A DNA stretch of 64,000 nucleotides, from positions 2,384-66,383 of the forward strand of contig CACYFN010000001.1 of the NCBI GenBank assembly GCA_902773675.1, written 5' to 3'. The notes beneath the pieces were generated by a model. The model had not been told where the DNA came from and searched no databases. It saw only the letters and a list, made by a program, of their open reading frames with translations. Position numbers and translations under genes: made by a program. Shown one piece after another: positions 31,521 through 45,040 of the stretch (positions are counted from its first letter, which is position 1; the number at the start of each line of letters is the position of its first letter). This stretch comes from an uncultured Erysipelotrichaceae bacterium. Its GTDB lineage: Bacteria; Bacillota_I; Bacilli_A; RF39; UBA660.

Positions 31521-32639
31521 TTAAAATCCGCTTCTCTTTCTTAAGAATGATGGAATTATATCATCTTCTCCACCCTCTTCTTCATCATCTTCCTTTAAAG
31601 GAGATTTTAAAGGAGATTTTATAGGATTACTTACAGCATCACTAGGTTTCTTTTCACCTCTATTATAAGAGTGATATAAAGGTTCATTATTATTTCCCTC
31701 AAATCCAGTAGCAATTACTGTAACAATTATTTCATCATTCAAATTTTCATTAATAACTGCACCAAATATAGTATTAATATCCGTATTAGCACTTGATCTA
31801 ATAACCTCAGCAGCTTCTTCAACCTCAAATAAAGTTAAATTAGATCCACCAGTAACATTTATAATAGCATCAGTCGCACCATTAATACTTGTTTCAAGTA
31901 ATGGACTAGCAACAGCTTGATGAGCAGCCTCACTTGCTCTATTTTCACCAACACCAATACCAATACCAATTAAAGCACTACCACGTTTTTCCATAACAGT
32001 CTTAACATCAGCAAAATCCAAGTTAATAAGTCCTGCAACAGCAATCAAATCCGAAATAGATTGAACACCACGACGAAGTACATTATCAACTTCTTTAAAT
32101 GATTCTAAAAGTGGTGTTGATTTATCAATTATTTCTCTCAATTTATCATTAGGAATAACAATCAAAGTATCAACATTTTTCTTTAATTCCTCAATACCAA
32201 TTAAAGCTTGTTCCATTCTTTTCTTACCTTCAAAAGAAAATGGTTTAGTAACAATACCAACAGTTAAAGCGCCTAACTCTTGTGCAATAGAAGCAATAAC
32301 GGGAGCAGCACCAGTACCAGTACCTCCACCCATTCCACAAGTAACAAAAACCATATCAGCTCCTTTTAGAGCATCTTCAAGTTCTTTCTTACTCTCTAAT
32401 GCAGCTTCTCTACCTATCTCAGGTTTAGCACCTGCACCTCTTCCGCCAGTTAAAGCTTCACCTATCTGAATTTTAGTAGGAGCTTTAGAACAGTTTAAAA
32501 CTTGTAGATCAGTATTAGCTACAATAAATTCAACTCCCTTAACCCCAGACTCTATCATACGATTAACAGCGTTCCCTCCGCCGCCACCGATTCCAACAAC
32601 CTTTATTTTAGCTATTTGATCCATTTCTAATCCAAACAT
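31521..32639 (-). CDS. ftsZ: Cell division protein FtsZ
   Basis: GGGTGTG tubulin signature, [14 protein letters not shown], and an acidic C-terminal tail. Confidence 0.95.
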   Translation of the reverse strand: MFGLEMDQIAKIKVVGIGGGGGNAVNRMIESGVKGVEFIVANTDLQVLNCSKAPTKIQIGEALTGGRGAGAKPEIGREAALESKKELEDALKGADMVFVTCGMGGGTGTGAAPVIASIAQELGALTVGIVTKPFSFEGKKRMEQALIGIEELKKNVDTLIVIPNDKLREIIDKSTPLLESFKEVDNVLRRGVQSISDLIAVAGLINLDFADVKTVMEKRGSALIGIGIGVGENRASEAAHQAVASPLLETSINGATDAIINVTGGSNLTLFEVEEAAEVIRSSANTDINTIFGAVINENLNDEIIVTVIATGFEGNNNEPLYHSYNRGEKKPSDAVSNPIKSPLKSPLKEDDEEEGGEDDIIPSFLRKRSGF

Positions 32640-32653
32640 ATCATAAATCCTCC

Positions 32654-33892
32654 CTATTCATTAAAGAAATATCCAAAAATTTTTCCTAACATAGATTCTG
32701 GATCATTCCTATTACTATTAGATGAAATCATTTTATCCGCTTCATCATCATTTATCATTGTAAAATCTTTACCTTTTAATTTTAGTTTACTAATAAAATA
32801 TACGATATTACCAATACAAGCAGAATACTTACAATTTCTAATACCAGGAATTTTAATAACACCTAAATTCACCTGATTAGGAAATATCTCTTGAGCCAAA
32901 TGTTCAAAACCTGCTGTATTAACAACACCACCTGTTATTATAATATAATCTATTTGCTTACTTGTCAAGTTATTTAATTCGTTTTTCGCAAGATTTAGTA
33001 TTTCTTCTAACCTAGACATAACAATATCTGAAACCTCTAATTGATTAACTTTTAATATACCATCAGCACCTTTAATCTCATAAACATCATGTGTACTAGC
33101 ATATTTTTTATGAGCAACCGCAAATTTTGTTTTTAATCTATTAGCTATATCATCATCTATCTTATACATATAAGCAATATCACTATCAATATTCTTACCA
33201 CCCATATTTAATATTGAACTTTTAACAATAACATTTCTATTATAAATAGAAACAGATGTAACTTCACTTCCTATATTAATAATAGCAGCAATCTTATTTT
33301 CAAAATTATCATTTTTAAATGCATATAAATCGCCAATATTATTAAGTGAAATATCAATAACTTCAATACCAATATTTTCTAAAACACCTAAAACTGAATA
33401 AATATTTTTCTTAGGCACTGAAACAAGTACAGCACGACTATCAAGTACATTACCACTAATACCAACAGGATCAACTACTCCTTCATGACCATCAACTTTA
33501 AAATCTATTGGCAAAATAGTAACCATTTCCTTACCATTTAATGGTTTACTCTTCATAGCTACTTCAAGTGATTTCATTACATTATCATGAGTAATAACCC
33601 CTGATACATTAACACTACCCTTAATAATAGAATATTCAGCTAAATAACTAGGTACCGAAACTATTACTTTTTTAATTCTAGTATTTAACATATTTTCTAC
33701 TTCATTAATAGCCTGTTTAATTGTAATACCTGCTAACTCAACATCAGTAATAAGTCCCTTCTTGATTCCCTTTGATTTACAAGAAGAAGCTGCAAGTAAA
33801 TTTAATTTATTTTGACACAATTCACATACAACAACTTTGATACTATCAGAACCAATATCTAAACTTGTATATATATGTCTCATTAACATCAC
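32654..33892 (-). CDS. ftsA: Cell division protein FtsA
   Basis: Actin-like fold motifs ([22 protein letters not shown]). Immediately upstream of ftsZ. Confidence 0.85.
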   Translation of the reverse strand: MMLMRHIYTSLDIGSDSIKVVVCELCQNKLNLLAASSCKSKGIKKGLITDVELAGITIKQAINEVENMLNTRIKKVIVSVPSYLAEYSIIKGSVNVSGVITHDNVMKSLEVAMKSKPLNGKEMVTILPIDFKVDGHEGVVDPVGISGNVLDSRAVLVSVPKKNIYSVLGVLENIGIEVIDISLNNIGDLYAFKNDNFENKIAAIINIGSEVTSVSIYNRNVIVKSSILNMGGKNIDSDIAYMYKIDDDIANRLKTKFAVAHKKYASTHDVYEIKGADGILKVNQLEVSDIVMSRLEEILNLAKNELNNLTSKQIDYIIITGGVVNTAGFEHLAQEIFPNQVNLGVIKIPGIRNCKYSACIGNIVYFISKLKLKGKDFTMINDDEADKMISSNSNRNDPESMLGKIFGYFFNE

Positions 33893-33991
33893 CTACAATC
33901 TATAATCAATTATACTATATTTTTTATAAAATTTAAAGAAAAACATGCAAATTTTAAAAAAAATAAGGTATAAACCTTATAAATAAATAGA

Positions 33992-34366
33992 TTATTTTTC
34001 AATAAATATTTTTCTAGTTATAAAATTGTAAATCATTACTAAAATAGTTGCCCCTATTTTACATATCATATAGTAAATATTAAGTAAATCAGTACCAACA
34101 TACAATATTATTTGATTAATTACAAGCCCAATCACACTAAAAATAACAAATAATAAAAACTCTCTAATTCCGCTTCTTTTAACATCAAATACCCAATAAA
34201 TACTAAGAATATAATTTATAGTTAAAGATATAATAAAAGATATATTAGATGATATTAAATAGTAAATATTAAAATATTCTGTCAAAATAAATAAAACTAA
34301 AAAATCAACTATAGTAGCTACAACACCAACAATACCAAACTTAATTAACTGCTTAAATAATTTCAT
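33992..34366 (-). CDS. GtrA-family membrane protein
   Basis: N-terminal FGIVGVVATIVDF motif and four predicted TM helices. Confidence 0.55.
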   Translation of the reverse strand: MKLFKQLIKFGIVGVVATIVDFLVLFILTEYFNIYYLISSNISFIISLTINYILSIYWVFDVKRSGIREFLLFVIFSVIGLVINQIILYVGTDLLNIYYMICKIGATILVMIYNFITRKIFIEK

Positions 34367-34632
34367 TTAACCTTCTTTAAAATGAAATATCTACAATCAT
34401 AACTACATAATTCTTTAATATATTTATCTTTATACTTTATATCATTAATACGATTACAATTTTTATTAACCTTATCACAAAATCCCTTTAAACGTAATTT
34501 ACCATAAGACCAATCACCTAAAATATAATCATAATTATCAAAATAATCAGTATATAATTCCTTAACCTTATCAAGTTCAAAACCATCTTTATAATTTTCC
34601 ATTAATTCATATTCACAATTATTAATTTTCAT
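34363..34632 (-). CDS. YutD-like protein (DUF1027)
   Basis: DYILGDWSYGKLRLKGF matches the YutD signature DYIVGDWGYGQLRLKGF. Confidence 0.55.
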   Translation of the reverse strand: MKINNCEYELMENYKDGFELDKVKELYTDYFDNYDYILGDWSYGKLRLKGFCDKVNKNCNRINDIKYKDKYIKELCSYDCRYFILKKVK

Positions 34633-34919
34633 AATTTCACCGATTTAAGTATAACAACTTTTAAGAAAAAAAACAACTACTTCTTCTTTATCGAATAAGT
34701 AGCAAGTTTAATAGTACTAATATCACTTATCATACTATTATAAATATCTTCAATATGCATACTCATCTGCACTCTCTAATCACCTCTACTTAAATAATAT
34801 CAAATATTAATTCTTACATGTGAAATTCGACAAAACTAGAAAAAATTAGTATTTTCATTATTTATTATTTAAAAGTAGTATTTTTTTTAAAATTATAGTA
34901 TAATTAAACTGGTGATGTA

Positions 34920-35481
34920 ATGAACTATCCAACAAACTTTAAAAGCAATAATTATAATTACATATACAGTAATAGAGGAATGGGTTTAGAAGATGATTTA
35001 AATAATACCAACAAATATTATTTAGAAACAGATAAAGCAGTAATATATAAAAAACCAACACCCATTACCATAAATAAAGTAGATTATAAATCAAGAGATA
35101 ATGCAGTTATTAAAGAAGCACATTTTAAAATACCATCAACAACAGATTATAATGGTGTATACAAAGGAAAATATATTGATTTTGAAGCTAAAGAAATTCA
35201 AAGTAAAACTAGTTTTCCATTAACTAATATTCATCCTCATCAAATAGAACATTTAAAAAAAATTACTGAACATGGTGGAATTGGATTTATCATAGTTAGA
35301 TTTACTACCCTAAATGAAACATATTATTTAAGTTACAAAAATTTCAAAGAATTTTTAGATAAATTTTCTAGAAAATCAATACCAATAGAATACTTTAAAG
35401 AAAAAGGATATTTAATAAAAGATAGTTTAAGGCCAAGAATAGATTATTTAAAAATAGTTGATAAGGAGTTAGGTGATTTAA

Positions 35482-35492
<11 letters not shown>
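34920..35492 (+). CDS. recU: Holliday-junction resolvase RecU
   Basis: RecU pattern (GMGLEDDLN...YKKPTPI...[17 protein letters not shown]). Lies upstream of ponA as in Bacillus. Confidence 0.8.
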
Positions 35493-38442
<2,950 letters not shown>

Positions 38443-38480
38443 CCACTCTCTTTATTTAAAATAAAATAACTCTCAATGAG

Positions 38481-39083
38481 TTATTTTTCACTATTATCAA
38501 ATAATAAATGTTTATTTTGCATATAATATTGAATACCAGAAATAATTGATAAAACAGTAGCAATAAATAATAAGAAATCAGCAATTCTTAAATTATATAA
38601 CTCAAATGGTAAATTATAGAATAATGTTAAACTTATTCCAACCATTAAACATATAGTCTTAAGTTTACCAGATTTAATTGCTGCAACTACTTTACCCTTA
38701 CTAGCTGCAATCATTTTAATAGTATTAACAATAGTATCTCTTAAAATTATAATAATTGGTATAATAGGATGAATAAATCCACTAGCTGATAAAATAATTA
38801 AAACAGAATTAACTAACATCTTATCTGCAATCGCATCCATTAATTTTCCAAAATCAGTAACCATATGATTTTTTCTAGCTAGATAACCATCCAAAAAATC
38901 TGTTAAAGAAGCAATAATAAATAAAACGCCAGCTATTAAATACTTAACATCTACAACAATTCTTTCATTAATAAATAGCTGTGGAATATTAATACCAGCT
39001 GATTGAAAAGGAAAAACCAAAAATATAATAATAATAACTGATAAAAAAATTCTTAAAATAGTAAGTTTATTAGGCAAATTCAT
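38481..39083 (-). CDS. pgsA: CDP-diacylglycerol--glycerol-3-phosphate 3-phosphatidyltransferase
   Basis: CDP-alcohol phosphatidyltransferase motif DFLDGYLARK...G...DAIADK. Confidence 0.85.
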   Translation of the reverse strand: MNLPNKLTILRIFLSVIIIIFLVFPFQSAGINIPQLFINERIVVDVKYLIAGVLFIIASLTDFLDGYLARKNHMVTDFGKLMDAIADKMLVNSVLIILSASGFIHPIIPIIIILRDTIVNTIKMIAASKGKVVAAIKSGKLKTICLMVGISLTLFYNLPFELYNLRIADFLLFIATVLSIISGIQYYMQNKHLLFDNSEK

Positions 39084-39561
39084 AAATAACCTCCTCAGTA
39101 TAACTTATTAAATTATTGTCACCTTTTGAATCATTATTAAAAAATAAAAATAAACAATAAACAATAATGCCAACAATCAAAATAATTAAAATATATATTA
39201 ATATTTTAGGAATATTTTTTTGTTGCTTTTTCACAATTGTATAAGGTGAAACAACTGAAGGAGCCTTTTTAACTTCATTACCTTTATTAGCACTTTTAAT
39301 ATCATCAATAGATATTTTAGATGTATAATCAAACAAATACTCATTAAATTCTTCTACCATAGAATCTGAATTTAATCCTAAATATTTAGAATAATCGCGA
39401 ATATAATATTTTAAATATAATACATCTTTAAAATAATCCTTATCCCCTTCCTCTATTTTTTGTAATATAGAAGGTTCTATTTTTAAATCTTCTGATGCTT
39501 CTTCAATAGTAATTTCCATCTTTTCTCTGGCATCACGTAATTTCTCTCCAATCTCTTTCAT
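39070..39561 (-). CDS. rodZ: RodZ/YmfM-like HTH (XRE-type) membrane protein
   Basis: N-terminal HTH, a single TM segment, and a position upstream of pgsA as in Bacillus (ymfM-pgsA). Confidence 0.55.
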   Translation of the reverse strand: MKEIGEKLRDAREKMEITIEEASEDLKIEPSILQKIEEGDKDYFKDVLYLKYYIRDYSKYLGLNSDSMVEEFNEYLFDYTSKISIDDIKSANKGNEVKKAPSVVSPYTIVKKQQKNIPKILIYILIILIVGIIVYCLFLFFNNDSKGDNNLISYTEEVIYEFA

Positions 39562-39582
39562 TTAAACCTCTATTCTATAATA

Positions 39583-39937
39583 ATTAATACTTTATAAGCC
39601 ATGTTCTGTACCACTAAGTGGTGACAAACATTTATCTATCCTAAGATCCTCGAATCAGTTCAGTTCCCTATCGAGGTTCCCCTACCAAAATTTGGGTTTC
39701 TCACTCACGGGGTTTACCACGTTCCACTTTCTTTATTTCTAAAGAACATCGTCACTATGGCACTTTTATACCTAATCTAACCATATCAAATTAACTTAGG
39801 TTATTTCAGAGCCGTTAGTATTACTACTACCTAAGGTTATTTTTTCCCTTAGCGTGAACACTACAATCATCACAGACTGTGTGAGCATGGACTTTCCTCT
39901 ACATAACAAGTATGCAGCGTTTGTCAAAGCATTAATC
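39583..39937 (-). ncRNA. rnpB: RNase P RNA, type B (Firmicutes type)
   Basis: The minus strand contains GUAGAGGAAAGUCCAUGCUCACACAG, AAAGUGCCAUAGUGACGAUG, GUGGAACGUGGUAAACCCCGUGAGUGAGAAACCCAAAUUUUGGUAGGGGAACCU and ACAGAACAUGGCUUAU. These are near-identical to B. subtilis P RNA elements (P4, P10-12, P15 regions). The region is GC-richer than its surroundings. P1 can pair TTAATGCTTT with AAAGTATTAA. Confidence 0.88.
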
Positions 39938-40270
39938 TTTACTATAAATATATTTTTCTAAATTAGATAAACGACGTAAAACATCAGCATTCGTAGAATT
40001 TCCTTCATTATTACTATTTTCAGTTAACACCTCAATTTTAGTCCTTAAATTTCTAACTTCCTGTTTTAAATGAATATTATCTTCAAGTAAATCTTTTTTT
40101 TCTTTTTCTAAGTCATCTATAATAGATTTCATTTCTTCATAATCTTTAATAATAACATCTAGATATCTATCAACTTCCTGTGGACGATATCCTCTTGTAT
40201 CTATTTTAAATTCCTTTTCTAAAATATCACGACTAGAAAGTACAATACGATCTTGATACATATTATTCAC
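39932..40270 (-). CDS. gpsB: Cell-cycle protein GpsB (DivIVA-domain)
   Basis: LSSRDILEKEFK..GY...EVD.YLD N-terminal domain. C-terminal DVLRRLSNLEK. Immediately upstream of rnpB as in B. subtilis. Confidence 0.8.
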   Translation of the reverse strand: MNNMYQDRIVLSSRDILEKEFKIDTRGYRPQEVDRYLDVIIKDYEEMKSIIDDLEKEKKDLLEDNIHLKQEVRNLRTKIEVLTENSNNEGNSTNADVLRRLSNLEKYIYSKD

Positions 40271-40349
40271 CTCATCTTTATTCCAAGACCATTATATAAA
40301 AAAAATACATATTTGTCAATTTAAAAAGCGAAAAAAGGATATAATCCTT

Positions 40350-41621
40350 TTATCTAAAAAATATCATATAAATTAAAAATCCAATAAATATTGTACTCAT
40401 TACAATACCATTAATTCTATCTGTTTTACCAGATTTATATTTAACACCTAATGCAATAGATATCAATACTCCACCTATTAATCCTCCAATATGAGCAACA
40501 TTATTAATACCACTAGAAATATATCCAATAAATAAATTAATAACAATTAAAGGAATTATTTGTGATTTAATAACACCACCCAAATATACACGATAATGAT
40601 ATCCAAAATATACTAAAGCACCCAAAAGTCCAAATATCGCACCACTAGCTCCAACAGAAATACCATTATCAGCTAAAAATAACATTGAAAGCAAATTACC
40701 ACATATACCACTAACAATATAAATAATTAAATACTTCACTTTTCCAAAAAAACTTTCAAGTTGTGGTCCTATAACATATAAAGAATACATATTAAATAAT
40801 AAATGAAGTAGTCCACCATGTAAAAATATACTAGTAAAAATTCTTAAATAATCACTTATATCTCCCATCTGATTACCATTTACTAAAGCACCATACTTAT
40901 AAAGAACATTAGCATCAAAATCAAAGAACTCTTTTCCAACTAAAGCTATAAAAAAATATAAAACCACATTTACAAGTATTAAAGCATAAGTAACAACAGG
41001 CATCTTTTTAGAAAATACATCATCAACCTTTTTGCTCTCCTCTAAATTCTTATGATTAATATCATTTGTCAACTTTAAAAATAATTCAAGTCCTTTAGTA
41101 TCATCTTTCTCAATCTCCAAAATATTTGGAAATACACTAGTAATACTCTTATATTTAGCTATATCATCAAAATTCTTAATATTAACACACTCAATATTAT
41201 TAACATTACTTTCCTTAATTTCAACATTATCACCAAGATTAATAAAAATACTTAAAGTATTCATCTTAAAAGAAAACATCTTTCTTTTAATCTTTTTAAT
41301 AATCTGTTTTGTTCTATATAAATCCATATCTAACTGTTCATTATTATGAATATAATTACTAACAATTCTTATAATCTTATAATCTGCATCATGCTTTTCA
41401 AGCCATATTTCATCTTTCGCACCATGAAGTAATACAGGATTATAACCTTGTTCAGTAATAAAATAATGAATAAGTCTCATAACAATTTCATCATTTTCAC
41501 TTAAAGTAATATTCACACTCATCACCCGTAATAATATTTTATTACATTTCATAAAATAAGTAAAGGGGGTATAAATGAAAAAAATATTTAAATTTCTTAC
41601 TATTTTACTACCTTGGTTCAT
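40350..41621 (-). CDS. Rhomboid-family intramembrane serine protease with an N-terminal cytoplasmic domain (GluP/YqgP-like). The true start may be an internal Met (MSVNI...).
   Basis: GASGAIFGLLGA (catalytic Ser) and the later AHIGGLIGG (catalytic His). Six TM helices. Confidence 0.75.
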   Translation of the reverse strand: MNQGSKIVRNLNIFFIYTPFTYFMKCNKILLRVMSVNITLSENDEIVMRLIHYFITEQGYNPVLLHGAKDEIWLEKHDADYKIIRIVSNYIHNNEQLDMDLYRTKQIIKKIKRKMFSFKMNTLSIFINLGDNVEIKESNVNNIECVNIKNFDDIAKYKSITSVFPNILEIEKDDTKGLELFLKLTNDINHKNLEESKKVDDVFSKKMPVVTYALILVNVVLYFFIALVGKEFFDFDANVLYKYGALVNGNQMGDISDYLRIFTSIFLHGGLLHLLFNMYSLYVIGPQLESFFGKVKYLIIYIVSGICGNLLSMLFLADNGISVGASGAIFGLLGALVYFGYHYRVYLGGVIKSQIIPLIVINLFIGYISSGINNVAHIGGLIGGVLISIALGVKYKSGKTDRINGIVMSTIFIGFLIYMIFFR

Positions 41622-42015
41622 AGGAGGAATAATATTTAATAATAATCAACTATTCTATAAATCACTGAATAAACCATTTTTCGCACCACCAGGATGGCTA
41701 TTTGCAATTATTTGGCCTATTCTTTATATATTAATAGCTTTAAGCATCTATAAAATAAACAATAAAGATAAAAACTATCTAAAAGCACTAATAATAAACT
41801 ATTTCTCAAATCAAATATTCAGTTTTCTATTTTTTACCTTAAAAAGTCCTTTTCTAGCCCTTATAGATACTATCATAGTATTAATTAGTTCACTATATCT
41901 ATATCTAGAATCAAAAAAAGATAATCAAACATCAGCTAATTTATTAATACCATATATAATTTGGAATACATTTGCAACCATCCTTATCATATCAATATAT
42001 CTATTAAATATATAA
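41575..42015 (+). CDS. tspO: TspO/MBR family protein
   Basis: LNKPFFAPPGWLFAIIWPILYILIA motif and five TM helices. AAAGGGGG RBS upstream. Confidence 0.8.
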   Translation: MKKIFKFLTILLPWFIGGIIFNNNQLFYKSLNKPFFAPPGWLFAIIWPILYILIALSIYKINNKDKNYLKALIINYFSNQIFSFLFFTLKSPFLALIDTIIVLISSLYLYLESKKDNQTSANLLIPYIIWNTFATILIISIYLLNI

Positions 42016-42021
42016 AAAAAA

Positions 42022-42801
42022 CTAATCACTAGTTTTTTTATAATTATCTATTATTTTCATTTCTTCTTTAGTAAACGGATAATTCAAATTATTAATTTGT
42101 GCCCAAATACCTAATAAATCAGTAATTTTAATGTCTAAATTTATCTCCAAATATTTATCCATTTCAAACTCTTTTAATAATTTAATACCATATTCAATAT
42201 TATTACTGTTAAATATCTTATCTAATTCTTGTCTTTTTCTAAAATAAGATAAGTTTTTAACTAAATATCCATATTTCATAATACCATCTTTTAAAGAATC
42301 ATCTAACTTAAAATCTAATACAGTTGCAAACCTAATAGCCCTAAGAATTCTTAAAGCATCCTCTTGAAGCTTATTAGATACATCCCCTACACATTTAATT
42401 ACTTTATTATTTAAATCAATAATACCATCCATTAAATCAATAATATTACCATCTTTATCCATACATATTGTATTAATAGTAAAATCACGCCTTAATAAAT
42501 CTTCCTCTAATGTATTAACATATTCAATTTTTGATGGTCTACGATTATTAATATAATTAATATCCTTTCTAAAAGTAGTTATCTCATATATTTTATTATT
42601 ATACTTAATCTTTAAAGATCCAAAATTATTATCTACAATATCAAATAACCTTATTAAATCATTGTCTCTTGCACTAGTACAAATATCATAATCATCAGAT
42701 TTCATTCCAAGTAAATAATCTCTTACAAAACCACCAACAATATAAGCATCAAATTTATTACTATTTAATATATTTAAAATATCATATACATCTTTATTCA
42801 T
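42022..42801 (-). CDS. Short (259 aa) polymerase-beta-superfamily tRNA nucleotidyltransferase/poly(A)-polymerase head-domain protein (CCA-adding-enzyme-like)
   Basis: GGFVRDYLLG...DYD head motif and RRDFTINT neck motif. Lacks the ~140-aa C-terminal body/tail. Confidence 0.55.
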   Translation of the reverse strand: MNKDVYDILNILNSNKFDAYIVGGFVRDYLLGMKSDDYDICTSARDNDLIRLFDIVDNNFGSLKIKYNNKIYEITTFRKDINYINNRRPSKIEYVNTLEEDLLRRDFTINTICMDKDGNIIDLMDGIIDLNNKVIKCVGDVSNKLQEDALRILRAIRFATVLDFKLDDSLKDGIMKYGYLVKNLSYFRKRQELDKIFNSNNIEYGIKLLKEFEMDKYLEINLDIKITDLLGIWAQINNLNYPFTKEEMKIIDNYKKTSD

Positions 42802-42846
42802 AAAATCACCATAAAAGAAAAAAACTTTAGTTATAAAACTAAAGCA

Positions 42847-43119
42847 TTAATTTAAAGCATCTTTTAATTTAGCTCCAACTTTAACTGAAACAGCTACTCT
42901 TGCAGGAATATTAACTGGTTCACCAGTTCTTGGATTACGTCCAACTTTAGCATCTTTCTTAACAGCATTAAAAGTACAGAAACCAGTTAAAGCAACTTTT
43001 TTAGAATCTTTAAGTCCTTTTACTACTCCTCCCATAAATGCATCAAGTGCACGAGCAGCATCAGCTTTTGTAAGTCCAGCTTCTTCTGCAATATAATTTA
43101 CTAAATCTGTCTTTGTCAT
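42847..43119 (-). CDS. hup: DNA-binding protein HU
   Basis: Classic HU sequence (MTKTDLVNYIAE...GFCTFNAVKKDAKVGRNPRTGE). Confidence 0.9.
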   Translation of the reverse strand: MTKTDLVNYIAEEAGLTKADAARALDAFMGGVVKGLKDSKKVALTGFCTFNAVKKDAKVGRNPRTGEPVNIPARVAVSVKVGAKLKDALN

Positions 43120-43268
43120 AATTTACCTCCCTCTAAGTAAGATATCTTTCTTACAATTTAATATTACCATATCCATATATTAAAAGCAAGCAATTTTAAC
43201 GATTTTTTTAATAAAAAATAAGAAATTTACAAAAACTAATTTTTTTTAAATAAATTTAAAATTTATTA

Positions 43269-43443
43269 TTGACTTATTATATAATTATATAATATAATAT
43301 TGATTGCGAAGCAGCAAACTTTAGAATTTTTAATGTGTTTATTACCAATTGGGATTAAGTAACCTGCTGCGAGGTGAAATATTTTAAATAAACACCCTAA
43401 TAAATTTGTAAAGAAAATCTTCTTCGTAAGAAAGGAGAAAAAT
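43269..43443 (+). promoter_or_regulatory. rpsD promoter (TTGACT-17/18-TATAAT) and a structured S4 autoregulatory leader
   Basis: Consensus -35 and -10 boxes. The 150-nt leader has a GC-richer core (GCGAAGCAGCAAAC...CCUGCUGCGAGG). AGGAGA RBS. Confidence 0.55.
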
Positions 43444-44046
43444 ATGTCAAGATACACAAATTCAAGTTATCGTAAAAGTCGTCATTTAGGTTTTTCAATT
43501 CTTGAAACTGGAAAAGAACTAGCTAAAAAGCCATATGGTCCAGGTTTACACGGACAAAAGAAAGCTAAAAAACTATCTGAATATGGTGTTCAATTACAAG
43601 AAAAACAAAAAGTTAGATTTATGTATGGTTTAAATGAAAAACAATTCAGAAGAACATTTAATGATGCAGGTAAAATGAAAGGTGTTCATGGTGAAAACTT
43701 ACTTAAACTTCTAGAAAGTCGTCTAGACAATATGGTATATCGTATTGGATTTGCTACTACTAGAAGAGGAGCAAGACAATTAGTAAATCATGGACATATC
43801 ACAGTTAATGGTAAAAAAGTTGACATTCCATCATACAGATGTAAAGTTGGAGATGTAATTAGTCTTAAAGATAATGACAAAGAATTAGCTATTGTTAAAT
43901 CTTCATTACAAGCACTAAACAAAAGAGTTGAATTCATTAAATATGATGAAAATAAAATGACAGCTACATTAGTAAGATTACCTGAAAGAAACGAATTAAA
44001 TGCTGATATTAATGAATCATTAATCGTTGAATTTTACAACAGATAA
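43444..44046 (+). CDS. rpsD: 30S ribosomal protein S4
   Basis: [16 protein letters not shown]...[15 protein letters not shown] signature. Confidence 0.95.
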   Translation: MSRYTNSSYRKSRHLGFSILETGKELAKKPYGPGLHGQKKAKKLSEYGVQLQEKQKVRFMYGLNEKQFRRTFNDAGKMKGVHGENLLKLLESRLDNMVYRIGFATTRRGARQLVNHGHITVNGKKVDIPSYRCKVGDVISLKDNDKELAIVKSSLQALNKRVEFIKYDENKMTATLVRLPERNELNADINESLIVEFYNR

Positions 44047-44123
44047 GAATAATATTAAATTATTATTCTTTTTTTATATATTTTTTTTTAATTTTATAGT
44101 AAAATAACCATGAGGTAAAAAAT

Positions 44124-45020
44124 ATGAAAAAGAAAAAAATTATAATAATATCATTATCGTCAATAACAGTAATATTGGTAACAGTAGTAATAGCTATAAT
44201 TATCCACAAACCAAATCAAAAAAGCATTAATAATACTAACAAACAAGAAAAAATAAATCAAATAGAAAAAAATAAAACTAAAAATAATACTACTACAGAT
44301 ATCGAAACTATCAATGAAAATACTAAAAATGATAACACAGAAAATATAGATCAAAATAATACTGAAAATACTGATAATACCGATAATACAAATAATCCAA
44401 ATACAAACAATAATAACACCAATAATATAAATAACAATAATTCAAATAATAATAATTCAAGCAACAATACAAACAACAACAGCAATAATAATATTTCAAA
44501 CAATAATAACAATACTAATAATAATTCAAATACTAATACAAACAATAATAACAATACTAATAATAATGAAAATAATAGCAATACAAACGACAACAACACT
44601 AATAATAACAATAATCAACCAGCTACAAATAATGGGTACTATATTCAAACAACAGCACATGAAGTATTAAACTTAGTAAATCAAGCAAGAGATGAATTTG
44701 GATTATCACCACTAACATGGAATAATACATTAGAATCAGCTGCTAAACTAAGAGCTAAAGAAATTGTAAATACTTTTGATCATGTTAGACCCGATGGTAC
44801 AATGTGTTTTACAGCTTTCAATGTAAGTTTTATGAGTGCTGGTGAAAACATTGCTGCTGGACAACCAAATGCTCAAACAGTTTTTGATGCTTGGATGAAT
44901 TCTCCAGAACATAGAGCAAATATATTGTACGAATCATTTACTGAAATGAGTATTGGCCTATACTATTATCCAGATGATGAATATCATTATTACTGGGCAC
45001 AATTATTTATTGGAAACTAA
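44124..45020 (+). CDS. CAP/SCP/PR-1 (YkwD-like) domain protein with an N-terminal TM anchor and an N/T-rich low-complexity linker
   Basis: C-terminal CAP domain (HEVLNLVNQAR...HRANIL...YWAQLF). The linker is encoded by imperfect AAT/AAC/ACA repeats. Confidence 0.7.
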   Translation: MKKKKIIIISLSSITVILVTVVIAIIIHKPNQKSINNTNKQEKINQIEKNKTKNNTTTDIETINENTKNDNTENIDQNNTENTDNTDNTNNPNTNNNNTNNINNNNSNNNNSSNNTNNNSNNNISNNNNNTNNNSNTNTNNNNNTNNNENNSNTNDNNTNNNNNQPATNNGYYIQTTAHEVLNLVNQARDEFGLSPLTWNNTLESAAKLRAKEIVNTFDHVRPDGTMCFTAFNVSFMSAGENIAAGQPNAQTVFDAWMNSPEHRANILYESFTEMSIGLYYYPDDEYHYYWAQLFIGN

Positions 45021-45040
45021 AAAGAATGGAAACCATTCTT

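Noticed and set aside
39562-39931. GC-rich non-coding block considered as tmRNA, 6S RNA or an rRNA fragment
   Set aside because: Conserved P4, P10-12 and P15 sequence elements match RNase P RNA type B nearly base for base, so it was assigned as rnpB instead.
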